Positions 47,139 to 56,991 of a stretch of 64,000 nucleotides of DNA are shown in pieces. A program made the position numbers and the translations under genes. Within the stretch, counting starts at the first letter, position 1, and each line of letters opens with the position of its first letter. The notes below the pieces were generated by a model, which had not been told where the DNA came from, did not search any database, and saw only the letters and a list, made by a program, of their open reading frames with translations. The DNA is from Candidatus Eiseniibacteriota bacterium (lineage in GTDB: Bacteria > Eisenbacteria > RBG-16-71-46), in NCBI GenBank assembly GCA_031366795.1, contig JANLOX010000259.1, positions 22,613-86,612 on the forward strand, in the 5' to 3' direction.

Positions 47139-47687
47139 GTGAAACGCACGGCGGAACGTGTGCTGCAGGCGTGGATCATCTCGCGCGCCGATGATCCCGA
47201 GGCGGTCTCGGCGTTGGGCGTCGCGCGCAAGGCGGACATGCGGTTGGCGGATCTGCGCCGCAGCCGGCTGATCGAGATCCGTGGCTCGGGCAGGAGCTCG
47301 TCGGAGGCACAAACGCTGCTTCATGCCTCGACGCAGTTCTACAATCCGCACAAGGAATGCTGCGTCCTGCGCGAGAGCGGCTCAGGCCCGCTCCCGGATG
47401 GAGATCATGTGAGCAGGGTCGCGGTGTGGGAACGGGGCGATGAGCGGCGGTCCGCGGCCGAGCGATGGTGGCTGCACGAGGCGGGAGAGACCGTCGAGGT
47501 GCGAGAAGCGACGGTGTGGGCGATAACGTCCCAGCCCGAGTCGGCGGCCTCAGCCGTCGTGGTGGAGTTGGCGATGCTGCGGGATGCCCGTCACGGGTTG
47601 TTGTGCAATCCCTGGTCGCAGGAGTACCGCATGCTGGGTGGCGCCGAACCACTGCCCTGGATCTCGCCGCAAACGAACCCCTCATGA
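47139..47687 (+). CDS. purS: Probable tandem (double-length) PurS-like subunit
   Basis: Between purQ and purF; DPEA motif and two NP motifs (FYNPHKE, LLCNPWSQEY) about 88 aa apart. Confidence 0.6.
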   Translation: MKRTAERVLQAWIISRADDPEAVSALGVARKADMRLADLRRSRLIEIRGSGRSSSEAQTLLHASTQFYNPHKECCVLRESGSGPLPDGDHVSRVAVWERGDERRSAAERWWLHEAGETVEVREATVWAITSQPESAASAVVVELAMLRDARHGLLCNPWSQEYRMLGGAEPLPWISPQTNPS

Positions 47688-47701
47688 ACAGGAGCCGAGC
47701 G

Positions 47702-49138
47702 ATGACGTCCTGGACCCCGAAGCGGCACTGGAACGAAGAGTGCGGCGTATTCGCGGCGATCGGCGTGCCCCACGCCGCGGCGACGGTGGGTCTCGGGTTG
47801 CACGCACTCCAGCATCGGGGCCAGGAGGCCGCGGGGATCGTGTCGTGCGACCAGGCGGCCCAGACCTTTCACACGCAGAAGGGAATCGGCCTCGTCTCGG
47901 ACGTATTCGACGACGAAGACCTGGCGAAGTTGCCGGGACGGATCGCCATCGGGCACAACCGCTATTCCACGACCGGTAGTGTCACGCTCGAGAACACGCA
48001 ACCGTTGCACGTGGTCTACCGCGGCGGTCATCTTGCGCTGGCGCACAACGGCAACCTCGTCAACGCGCGTGAGCTGCGCGCCGGGCTCGAAGGTTCGGGT
48101 TCGATCTTCCAGACCACGCTCGACACCGAAATTTTCCTGCACCTGATGGCGCTCGCTCACGCCGAGGACCCGATGGCCGCGCTGATCGAAGCGGCGCGTC
48201 AGGTGAGGGGCGCCTATGCGCTCATCGTGCTGACCGGCGATGGCGTGCTGGCGATGCGCGACGCGCACGGCGTGCGGCCGTTATGCATCGGCCGGCTGGG
48301 GGACGGCTACGTGGTGGCGAGCGAGACCTGCGCGCTGGACTTGGTCGGCGCCGATTACCTGCGCGATGTCGAGCCCGGCGAGATCGTACGCATCGACCCG
48401 CAGGGCATGCAGTCGCAGCAGGCGCTGCCGGCGGCCCAGCCCTCGCAGTGCTGCATCTTCGAGCATATTTATTTTTCGCGTCCCGACAGCCGGGTGTTCG
48501 GTGAGGGCGTCGATGGCGTGCGGCGGCGGATCGGGCATCGGCTGGCGGCTGAGCATCCGGCCGAGGCGGATGTGGTGATCAGCGTGCCGGACTCCAGCAA
48601 CTCCATCGCGCTCGGTTACAGCGAGGCGTCGGGGACACGGTTCGAGTTGGGGCTTATCCGCAACCACTACGTCGGCCGCACCTTCATCCAGCCGCAGCAG
48701 AATGACCGCGACACCGGAGTGCGCATCAAGTTCAACCCGGTGCGCGAGATCTTAGAGGGCCGCCGCGTGGTGGTCGTCGACGACTCGATCGTGCGCGGCA
48801 CCACCAGCCGCAAGCTGGTGCAGACGATCCGCAGGGCGGGTGCCAGCGAAGTGCACTTCCGAGTCGGGTCACCGCCCGTCACCCACCCCTGCTTCTACGG
48901 CATCGACACACCGAGCAAGCGGGAGTTGATCGGCGCGCTCAAGTCGGTGGACGAGATCGCCGCCTACCTTGGGGTCGATTCGCTCGGCTACCTCTCGCGC
49001 GAAGGGTTGCTCGCCTGCGAGCGTGACGGCAGCCGCTATTGCCATGCTTGTTTCAGCGGCGAATACGCCATCCCGGTCGATCCGGCGAACCACAAGTTGT
49101 CGATCGAGACCATGCACGGGATCCTGCCGGCGCGTTGA
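47702..49138 (+). CDS. purF: Amidophosphoribosyltransferase
   Basis: EECGVF propeptide/Cys1, QHRGQE, HNRYST, VDDSIVRGTT, CFYGID, CHAC. Confidence 0.96.
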   Translation: MTSWTPKRHWNEECGVFAAIGVPHAAATVGLGLHALQHRGQEAAGIVSCDQAAQTFHTQKGIGLVSDVFDDEDLAKLPGRIAIGHNRYSTTGSVTLENTQPLHVVYRGGHLALAHNGNLVNARELRAGLEGSGSIFQTTLDTEIFLHLMALAHAEDPMAALIEAARQVRGAYALIVLTGDGVLAMRDAHGVRPLCIGRLGDGYVVASETCALDLVGADYLRDVEPGEIVRIDPQGMQSQQALPAAQPSQCCIFEHIYFSRPDSRVFGEGVDGVRRRIGHRLAAEHPAEADVVISVPDSSNSIALGYSEASGTRFELGLIRNHYVGRTFIQPQQNDRDTGVRIKFNPVREILEGRRVVVVDDSIVRGTTSRKLVQTIRRAGASEVHFRVGSPPVTHPCFYGIDTPSKRELIGALKSVDEIAAYLGVDSLGYLSREGLLACERDGSRYCHACFSGEYAIPVDPANHKLSIETMHGILPAR

Positions 49139-49297
49139 CGCCGCGGCCGCGGTGGTTTGCCGGGCACCGGGAGACCGTGCCGGCGCCCGCCGCGTGGTTT
49201 GGGCCCGGCCGGGTTCTTCCACTATCTTGGGTGGCTGGGTGCCGCCGCCGCTCGAGTGGGCGCGACGGCCGGTGTTCCGGTGGCCGAAAGGACTCGC

Positions 49298-50851
49298 ATG
49301 TCTCTCGAAGAACTCAAGCGCCAACGACGCGAAAAGCTCGAGCGCTGGCGCTTGCTGGGGGTGCCCGCCTACGCCTACCGGTATGACCCGACGCACACGG
49401 TGAACGAACTGCTCGCGCGCGGCGAGGCCGTCACGGCGGAGCCGGGTGAAACCGTCGCGATCGCCGGCCGCCTGATGACGCTGCGTGGCCATGGCAAGGC
49501 CGGCTTCGCCCACCTGCTCGATGCGACGGGGAAGCTGCAGTTGTACTTCCGCCAGGACCTGCTGGGCGACGCGTTCGAGCAATACCAGTTGCTCGACGTC
49601 GGCGACTGGATCGGCGTGCGTGGGCCGCTGTTCCGCACGCGCACCGGCGAGATCACCGTGCGCGTGGATTCGTTCGAGTTGCTCGCCAAGTCGATGCGCC
49701 CGCTTCCCGAGAAGTGGCACGGACTGCGTGATCCCGAGACGCGGTTCAGGCAGCGTTATGCCGACCTGTTCATGAACGTCGAGGTGCGCGAGACCTTCCG
49801 GCGCCGCGCGCGTGTCATTTCCGGGTTGCGCGACTTCCTCAACGAGCGGGGTTTCCTCGAAGTGGAAACCCCTGTGCTCCAGCCGCTTTACGGCGGGGCG
49901 TTCGCGCGGCCGTTCGTGACGCGGCACAACGCGCTCGACATGGAACTGTACCTGCGCATCTCCAACGAGCTGTACCTGAAGCGGCTGATCGTCGGCGGGT
50001 TGGACCGCGTCTACGAGTTCGCGCGCGACTTCCGTAACGAGGGCATGGACCGTTCGCACAATCCCGAATTCACCATGCTCGAGTACTATCAGGCGTACGC
50101 GGATATCTTCGACATGATGTCGATGATCGAATCCCTCGTGACGCACGCGATCGAACGCGCGCGCGGTGGATGCGTCATCGAGTACCAGGGCGAAACGCTC
50201 GACTTCAGTCCGCCGTGGCGGCGCCTGTCGATGCTCGATGCGGTCAGCGATGCCGTGGGTGAGCCGGTTCATGCGCTCGACCGCGCGGTGCTGCAGCGCC
50301 TGAGCGTGAAGCACAAGATCTCCACGCGCCCCGATTCCGGTGCGGGCGCCCTGCTCGATGCGTTGTTCAGTGAGTTGGTGCAGCCGCAACTCAGGCAGCC
50401 AACGCTGGTGGTGGACTATCCGCTTGAGACCTCGCCGCTCGCGCGCGCGAGCCGCGCCAACCCGGCGGTGGTCGAGCGCTTCGAGTTGTTCGTCGCCGGC
50501 ATGGAAGTGGCGAACGCGTTCTCGGAGCAGAATGACCCGCTGGCACAGGAAGCGGCGTTCGAGCAGCAAATGACGCGCCGCGCCGCGGGCGATGACGAAG
50601 CTCAGGTGATGGACTCGGATTACGTGCGCGCGCTCGAGTACGGCATGCCGCCCACCGGCGGTTGCGGTATCGGCATCGACCGGCTGGTGATGCTGGCGAC
50701 CGACTCGCGTTCGATTCGCGAGGTGATCCTGTTCCCGCAGTTGCGCCCCGAGGAAGGGCGCACCGAGGTCGAGGACGAAGAGGCCGCTCCCGCTGAGGCG
50801 GCCGCCCAAGGTGCGGCGACCCCGGGCGCCACGGATTCCGCGCGATCGTGA
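49298..50851 (+). CDS. lysS: Lysine--tRNA ligase (class II)
   Basis: PLPEKWHGL, EVETP, FRNEG, HNPEFTMLE, YGMPPTGGCGIGIDRL. Confidence 0.97.
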   Translation: MSLEELKRQRREKLERWRLLGVPAYAYRYDPTHTVNELLARGEAVTAEPGETVAIAGRLMTLRGHGKAGFAHLLDATGKLQLYFRQDLLGDAFEQYQLLDVGDWIGVRGPLFRTRTGEITVRVDSFELLAKSMRPLPEKWHGLRDPETRFRQRYADLFMNVEVRETFRRRARVISGLRDFLNERGFLEVETPVLQPLYGGAFARPFVTRHNALDMELYLRISNELYLKRLIVGGLDRVYEFARDFRNEGMDRSHNPEFTMLEYYQAYADIFDMMSMIESLVTHAIERARGGCVIEYQGETLDFSPPWRRLSMLDAVSDAVGEPVHALDRAVLQRLSVKHKISTRPDSGAGALLDALFSELVQPQLRQPTLVVDYPLETSPLARASRANPAVVERFELFVAGMEVANAFSEQNDPLAQEAAFEQQMTRRAAGDDEAQVMDSDYVRALEYGMPPTGGCGIGIDRLVMLATDSRSIREVILFPQLRPEEGRTEVEDEEAAPAEAAAQGAATPGATDSARS

Positions 50852-52086
50852 ACGTTCCGCTGTGGATCGCCCTCCGCTACCTGCGCAGTGGGCGCCGCAG
50901 TGCCTTCGTCACGCTGTTGAGCGCCATCTCGGTCGGCGGCGTGGCCCTCGGAGTGGGGGCCTTGATCACAGTGCTCGCCGTGATGAACGGCTTTGAGAAC
51001 GAGATCCAGACGCGCATCGCGGGCACGGATGCGCACGTGGTGATTCTCGGCTCGACTTCGGCGGGCATCGCGCACCATGAGTCGCTGATCCGAGCGATGC
51101 GCCATGATCCCGACGTGCTGGGGCTGGCGCCGTTCACCTACGTCAAGGCGATGGCCTTCCGCGAAGGCTACACGGAGGGCATGATCGTCAAGGGTGTGGA
51201 CCTGCGCGCCGAGCGTGAAGTCACGACGGTGAGCCGCCACATCACGCCGCCGCTAGACTCGATTCCGCTGCGCACCGCGGGCGGCCGTCCGGGCATCGTG
51301 CTGGGTTCCGAACTGGCGGCGCACCTCGATGCGCATGTCGGGGATGAAGTGCTGGTGGCGACGCTGACGGGGGACCCGGGTTCGGTGCTCGGCTTCGCTC
51401 CCAAGCTCAAGGCGTTCCGGCTGGTGGGCGTATTCCAGTCGGGGCTGTACACCTACGATTCCAGTCTCGGCTTCACCTCGATCGCGGCGTCGCAGCAGTT
51501 TTTCAGCCTGGGCGACGCGGTGACCGGCATCGAAGTGCGGGTGCGCGACATGTTCGATGCGCCGGCGGTGGGTGAGCGGCTGGTGAGCAGCCTGGGCGTC
51601 AAGGGTCTGCGCGCCAACAACTGGATTGAACTGAACCGCAACCTGTTCACCTGGATGAAGCTCGAGAAGGTGGTGATGTTCGTGATCCTCGCGCTGATCG
51701 TGGTGGTGGCGGCGTTCAGCATCGTCAGCACGCTGTTCATGGTGGTGCTCGAGAAGCGCCGCGACATCGGCGTGCTCAAGTCGCTGGGCGCGCGCGACGG
51801 GACGGTGCTTCAAGTGTTCCTGCTGCAGGGCCTGCTGATCGGCGGCAGCGGCGTCGCATTGGGTTGCCTGTTCGGCGGGGGATTGATCGCCGTCCTCCAG
51901 CGCTACCCGTTCGTGCGCTTGCCCGGGGACGTCTACTTCATCGAGCGGCTGCCGGTCAGGCCCGAGATGGGGGACTTCGTCGCCGTAATTCTTGCCACAT
52001 TTGTACTGTGTTTGGCCGCCGCCCTCTATCCGGCATGGCGCGCCTCGCGGCTGGACCCGGTGGAAGCCATCCGGCGCACCAGTTGA
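50848..52086 (+). CDS. lolE: Lipoprotein-releasing ABC transporter permease (LolC/E family)
   Basis: ALRYL, VMNGF, VAAFSIVSTL, EKRRDIGVLKSLGA, YPAWRASRLDPVEA. Confidence 0.9.
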   Translation: MNVPLWIALRYLRSGRRSAFVTLLSAISVGGVALGVGALITVLAVMNGFENEIQTRIAGTDAHVVILGSTSAGIAHHESLIRAMRHDPDVLGLAPFTYVKAMAFREGYTEGMIVKGVDLRAEREVTTVSRHITPPLDSIPLRTAGGRPGIVLGSELAAHLDAHVGDEVLVATLTGDPGSVLGFAPKLKAFRLVGVFQSGLYTYDSSLGFTSIAASQQFFSLGDAVTGIEVRVRDMFDAPAVGERLVSSLGVKGLRANNWIELNRNLFTWMKLEKVVMFVILALIVVVAAFSIVSTLFMVVLEKRRDIGVLKSLGARDGTVLQVFLLQGLLIGGSGVALGCLFGGGLIAVLQRYPFVRLPGDVYFIERLPVRPEMGDFVAVILATFVLCLAAALYPAWRASRLDPVEAIRRTS

Positions 52087-52118
52087 GAAACAGCCTTCGA
52101 GGACCCGCAGAGACGACT

Positions 52119-52820
52119 ATGAATAAGACAGTTAACGACGGAACCACGGCGTTGGTCGCACGCGGGATCCACAAGTCCTATGCCTCCCCGACGGGGCCGT
52201 TGCCTGTTCTCGACGGGCTCGATCTCGAGGTCGAGCGTGGCACGATCGTCGCAATCGTGGGGGCTTCGGGGGCGGGTAAGAGCACGCTGCTCAATATCTT
52301 GGGAACCTTGGATCATGCGGACTCGGGGGTCATCCAAATAGGCGACTCGCGGTTCGACGCCATGTCCGCCGCCGACATCTCGGCGTTCCGTTCGCGGCGC
52401 CTGGGGTTCATTTTCCAGTTTCACCACCTGCTGCCGGAATTCAGTGCCGAAGAGAATGTGATGATGCCGCTGCTGCTAGTGGGCGAAAACCCTGAGACGT
52501 GCAGGCAGCGGGCACAGGAGGCGCTGCGGACGGCGGGACTCGAAACCCGCTGGACGCACCGGCCGTCGGAATTGTCGGGGGGCGAGGCTCAACGAGTCGC
52601 TGTGGCGCGAGCACTGGTCGGGTCTCCCGAACTGGTGCTGGCGGACGAACCCTCGGGGAATCTCGATCCCAAGTCGGCGGAAGCGCTTCACGACCTCATG
52701 TCATCGTTGAGAACCGAGCGGCATCAGACATTCATCATCGTGACGCACAATGATAAACTGGCCGCACGCGCCGACCGGGTGCTGAAACTCGAGTTCGGAC
52801 GGCTCGTTCCGGCGGGATAG
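52119..52820 (+). CDS. lolD: Lipoprotein-releasing ABC transporter ATPase
   Basis: GASGAGKST, GFIFQFHHLLPEF, LSGGE, ADEPSGNLD. Confidence 0.92.
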   Translation: MNKTVNDGTTALVARGIHKSYASPTGPLPVLDGLDLEVERGTIVAIVGASGAGKSTLLNILGTLDHADSGVIQIGDSRFDAMSAADISAFRSRRLGFIFQFHHLLPEFSAEENVMMPLLLVGENPETCRQRAQEALRTAGLETRWTHRPSELSGGEAQRVAVARALVGSPELVLADEPSGNLDPKSAEALHDLMSSLRTERHQTFIIVTHNDKLAARADRVLKLEFGRLVPAG

Positions 52821-52830
52821 AGGGGTCTTG

Positions 52831-53355
52831 ATGCTCTGCCAGGTGTGCGGGAAGAATCCCGCGACCGTGCACTTCACGGAAATCCACGACAATCGGATGA
52901 CCGAGATCCACGTGTGTGAACGTTGCGCTGAGGAAAAGGGACTGCAGGCCTCTTCGAACCCGCACAAGTTCGACATCGCGGACCTGCTCGCCGGCATGGT
53001 CGACACCATGACGACTTCCGATGAGGAACGCGTCGGGCGCGTCCAATGTCCGCGCTGCGCCCTGTTGTACTCGGCCTTCCGCGAGACAGGACGGCTCGGG
53101 TGTGCGGAATGCTACACGGCGTTCCAGTTCCAGCTGCGGCCGCTGCTGCGGCGCATCCATGGGGACACCCGGCATCGCGGCAAGGTGCCCTCGCGGGATG
53201 GCGAAGGGGCGACCCGCTCACGCCAAATCCAGCGCCTGCACGATGAGTTGCAGCGCGCGGTCGAGCGCGAGGAGTTCGAACACGCCGCCGCGATTCGCGA
53301 CGAGATCAAGCGGCTGGAAGCCGAACTGGCCACGGCACCCGAGGGGGGAGCATGA
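52831..53355 (+). CDS. mcsA: McsA (CxxC zinc motifs plus UVR domain), activator of McsB
   Basis: Four CxxC motifs, GRLGC..CY, IHG...H.GK.P, UVR helix EEFEHAAAIRDEI. Confidence 0.92.
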   Translation: MLCQVCGKNPATVHFTEIHDNRMTEIHVCERCAEEKGLQASSNPHKFDIADLLAGMVDTMTTSDEERVGRVQCPRCALLYSAFRETGRLGCAECYTAFQFQLRPLLRRIHGDTRHRGKVPSRDGEGATRSRQIQRLHDELQRAVEREEFEHAAAIRDEIKRLEAELATAPEGGA

Positions 53356-54443
53356 CGCGCGCACCGGCCAACTTTGGCGAACTGATCGAAGCTACGAGTC
53401 CATGGCTGTCGGGCGATGGCCCGCACGCCGATCTCGTGCTGTCGACACGCATCCGTTTGGCGCGCAACCTCGACCAGGTGCCGTTTACGCACCGCGCCCG
53501 CGACGAGCAGCTTCAGGGTGTGCTCGCGAGTGCGGGAGGCGCCGCGCAGCGCTCGCCCTCGTTCATCGGCGGGCTGCTGCTGCCGATGGCCGATCTCCAG
53601 CCGGTCGAACGGCAGGTGCTGGTTGAGCGCCATCTGGTGAGTCACGAATTGGGCGACGGCACGCGACCGCGCGGGATCCTCGTGGCCCCGGGTGAGCGCC
53701 TGTCGCTGATGATCAATGAGGAAGACCACCTGCGCCTGCAGTCGATGGCGCCGGGCTTCCAGCTTGCCGATGCATGGGCGGCCGCAGATGCCGCGGACGA
53801 TGAGTTAGGCCAATCGCTCGACTTCGCGTTCTCGGAAGAGATGGGCTACCTGACGGCGTGCCCCACCAACGCCGGCACGGGTCTGCGCGCTTCCGTGCTG
53901 ATCCACCTGCCGGCGCTCGTGCTGCTCGATGAAATCCAGAAGGTGCTGAAAGGCGTGATGCAGGTGGGACTCAGCGTGCGCGGCCTGTATGGCGAGCATA
54001 GCGAAGTGATGGGCAACCTGTTCCAGATCTCGAACCAGACCACATTGGGCCGCAGCGAGCGCGACTCCATCGAGAGCCTCGAACGCGTGACGCGCCAGAT
54101 CATGGACGCCGAAGAGCGCGCGCGCGACCGCATGATGCGCGACGCGCGTGTCCAGATCGAGGACAAGGTGTGGCGCGCCTACGGCACGCTGCGCCATTGC
54201 CGCTCGGTGCATGCGCGCGAGGTCATCAACTTGTGCTCGGCGATCCGCCTCGGCGTGGCCCTCGGGTTGCCTGGCTTGTGTCCGCTGCGCGTCGTCAATG
54301 AATTGCTGGTGCTGACGCAACCGGGTCATCTCCAGCGCTACGCGGGTTCCGAACTGGCGCCCGCCGAACGCAACGTCATCCGTGCCCAGCTGGTGCGCGA
54401 GCGGCTCGTTGCCGCCGAGCGCGAGCTGGAGTCCAACCCATAA
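53352..54443 (+). CDS. mcsB: Protein arginine kinase
   Basis: STRIRLARN, NEEDHLR, GYLTACPTNAGTGLRAS, QISNQTTLG. Confidence 0.95.
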   Translation: MTRAPANFGELIEATSPWLSGDGPHADLVLSTRIRLARNLDQVPFTHRARDEQLQGVLASAGGAAQRSPSFIGGLLLPMADLQPVERQVLVERHLVSHELGDGTRPRGILVAPGERLSLMINEEDHLRLQSMAPGFQLADAWAAADAADDELGQSLDFAFSEEMGYLTACPTNAGTGLRASVLIHLPALVLLDEIQKVLKGVMQVGLSVRGLYGEHSEVMGNLFQISNQTTLGRSERDSIESLERVTRQIMDAEERARDRMMRDARVQIEDKVWRAYGTLRHCRSVHAREVINLCSAIRLGVALGLPGLCPLRVVNELLVLTQPGHLQRYAGSELAPAERNVIRAQLVRERLVAAERELESNP

Positions 54444-54513
54444 GAAGGAGGAGCAGGCCACCCTTGCTCGTTCCGCACGTCGCGGTTCGATCGAACCGGT
54501 GTCCAAGCGCGCT

Positions 54514-56991
54514 ATGCACGACAAATTCACTGAACGGGTCCGCAAGGTCATTTACCTGGCGCGCGAGGAAGCAGCACGTCTGCAGCACGACTACATCGGC
54601 ACCGAGCACCTGCTGTTGGGCGTGATTCGCGAGGGCGAGGGTATCGCCGCGACCGTGCTCAACAACCTGGGGCTGGATCTCGAGCGCATCCGCCAGGAAG
54701 TCGAGAACATGGTGAGCGCTGCGGGCGGCACCATGACGATCGGAGAGATTCCCTTCACGCCGCGCGCCAAGCGCGTGCTGGAACTCGCCGTCGAAGAGGC
54801 GCGCTCGTTGGGCCACAACTATGTCGGCACCGAGCACCTGCTGCTGGGCTTGATCCGCGAAGGGGAAGGTGTGGCGGCCAAGGTGCTGCTGGAGCTCGGC
54901 GTGGACCGCAAGCGCGTGCGCGAAGAGACGCTCAAGCTGCTCGGCGGCACGCCGTCGGCGGCCGCGGGCGGCGAGCGCGAGGAGCGTCCCGAGACGCCGG
55001 CGCTCAACCAGTTCGGCCGCGACCTGACGCAGCTGGCGCGCGAGGCGAAGCTTGACCCGGTGATCGGGCGCGAGAAGGAAATCGAGCGCGTCATTCAGGT
55101 GCTGTCGCGGCGCAAAAAGAATAATCCCGTGCTGATCGGCGAACCCGGCGTCGGCAAGACCGCGATCGCCGAAGGGCTGGCGCAGCGCATCGTTTCGGCG
55201 CAGGTGCCCGAGAGCCTCAAGAACAAGCGCATCGTCACGCTCGACCTGGCGGCCGTGGTGGCCGGGACCAAGTACCGGGGCCAGTTCGAGGAGCGCTTGA
55301 AGACCGTGATGAACGAGATCCGCGAATCCAAGGACACGGTGATTTTCATCGACGAGTTGCACACCATCGTGGGCGCTGGGGGTGCTGAAGGCGCCATCGA
55401 CGCCTCGAACATGCTGAAGCCGGCGCTGGCGCGCGGCGAGCTGCAGTGCATCGGCGCCACGACCCTGGACGAGTACCGCAAGTACATCGAGAAGGACGGC
55501 GCGCTCGAGCGGCGGTTCCAGCCGATCATGGTGAACCAGCCGAGCGTCGAGGACACCATCCAGATCCTGATGGGCCTGCGCGACAAGTACGAGGCGCACC
55601 ACAGCGTCAAGATCACCGACGAAGCTGTGGTGCAGGCCGTGAAGCTGGCGGACCGTTACATGAACGACCGCTTCTTCCCGGACAAGGCGATCGACATCAT
55701 CGACGAGTCGTGCGCCCGCGCGCGGCTGTCGGTGAGCACGGTGCCGTCGGAGATCCACGATCTCGAGAAGAAGCTTGAGGAGGTCGTGAAAGAGAAGGAA
55801 GCGGCGATCCGCGGCCAAGAGTACGAGAAGGCTGCCCGCTTGCGTGACAAGGAAAAGGAACTGCGCGCGCGCCGCAACGACTTCAAGAAGTCGTGGAGCG
55901 AATCGACGCGCGGCAAGGACGTGCAGGTCGACGAGCAGTTGATCGCCCAGGTACTCTCGACGATGACCGGCATACCGATGGTCAAGCTCGCCGAGGAAGA
56001 GACGCAGAAGCTGCTGCGCATGGAGGACGAGCTGCGCAAGCGGGTCGTCGGCCAAGACGAAGCGGTGGCGGCCGTGTCGCGGGCGGTGCGCCGCAACCGG
56101 GTCGGCTTGCGCGATCCCAAGCGGCCGATCGGTTCTTTCATCTTCCTCGGACCCACCGGGGTAGGAAAGACGGAACTGGCTCGGGCGCTGGCGGCTTTTC
56201 TTTTCGATGACGACGACGCGTTGATTCGGATCGACATGTCGGAGTATATGGAGAAGTTCTCGGTGTCGCGCCTTGTGGGAGCGCCTCCGGGGTATGTGGG
56301 GTATGAAGAGGGCGGTCAGCTGACCGAGAAGGTTCGTCGTAAGCCTTACTCCGTGGTGCTGTTGGACGAGATTGAAAAGGCGCACCCGGATGTGTTCAAT
56401 GTGCTGCTGCAGGTGCTGGACGATGGCGTCCTGACCGACAGCTCACGGCGGCGGGTCGACTTCAAGAACACCGTCATCATCATGACCTCGAATCTGGGTG
56501 GCCGGCAGATCGTGTCGGGGGGCAAGAACCTCGGCTTCAAGCACGCCGAGGCTGGGGCCGAGCAGTTTGCGGCAATAAAGAGTACCGTCCATGACGAGCT
56601 CAAGCGCGCCTTCAACCCGGAGTTCCTGAACCGCATTGACGACGTCATCGTTTTTCACGCCCTCACGCGCGACGACATGCGCCAAATCGTCTCCATCCTG
56701 TTGGCTCAGGTGGAGCAGCGGCTCCGCGTCCAGCAGATCGAGCTCGACCTCACGCCCGAAGCCGTCGAACTCCTCGTCGAAAAGGGATTCGATGCCGCCC
56801 TCGGAGCGCGTCCGCTCAAGCGAGCCATCCAGAAGTACCTCGAAGACCCGTTCTCCGAATTCATCCTTCGTGGCAAGTTCTCGGGGGGCGGCCGCATCAT
56901 GGTGGCTCGCAAGGACGACGAGCTGGTGTTCGACATCGCTTCGACTTCACCCATTCCGTCACTTCCGGAGGCCAGTACTCCTCGCAGCTAG
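54514..56991 (+). CDS. clpC: ATP-dependent Clp protease ATPase ClpC
   Basis: Duplicated Clp-N (GTEHLLLG), [11 protein letters not shown] middle domain, [11 protein letters not shown] ClpP-binding loop, GARPL. Confidence 0.96.
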   Translation: MHDKFTERVRKVIYLAREEAARLQHDYIGTEHLLLGVIREGEGIAATVLNNLGLDLERIRQEVENMVSAAGGTMTIGEIPFTPRAKRVLELAVEEARSLGHNYVGTEHLLLGLIREGEGVAAKVLLELGVDRKRVREETLKLLGGTPSAAAGGEREERPETPALNQFGRDLTQLAREAKLDPVIGREKEIERVIQVLSRRKKNNPVLIGEPGVGKTAIAEGLAQRIVSAQVPESLKNKRIVTLDLAAVVAGTKYRGQFEERLKTVMNEIRESKDTVIFIDELHTIVGAGGAEGAIDASNMLKPALARGELQCIGATTLDEYRKYIEKDGALERRFQPIMVNQPSVEDTIQILMGLRDKYEAHHSVKITDEAVVQAVKLADRYMNDRFFPDKAIDIIDESCARARLSVSTVPSEIHDLEKKLEEVVKEKEAAIRGQEYEKAARLRDKEKELRARRNDFKKSWSESTRGKDVQVDEQLIAQVLSTMTGIPMVKLAEEETQKLLRMEDELRKRVVGQDEAVAAVSRAVRRNRVGLRDPKRPIGSFIFLGPTGVGKTELARALAAFLFDDDDALIRIDMSEYMEKFSVSRLVGAPPGYVGYEEGGQLTEKVRRKPYSVVLLDEIEKAHPDVFNVLLQVLDDGVLTDSSRRRVDFKNTVIIMTSNLGGRQIVSGGKNLGFKHAEAGAEQFAAIKSTVHDELKRAFNPEFLNRIDDVIVFHALTRDDMRQIVSILLAQVEQRLRVQQIELDLTPEAVELLVEKGFDAALGARPLKRAIQKYLEDPFSEFILRGKFSGGGRIMVARKDDELVFDIASTSPIPSLPEASTPRS

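Noticed and set aside
49135..49297. TTGACG at the purF stop and GC-rich stems before lysS (promoter, T-box or riboswitch)
   Set aside because: No -10 at proper spacing and no T-box or lysine-riboswitch consensus; the stems are expected at this GC content.
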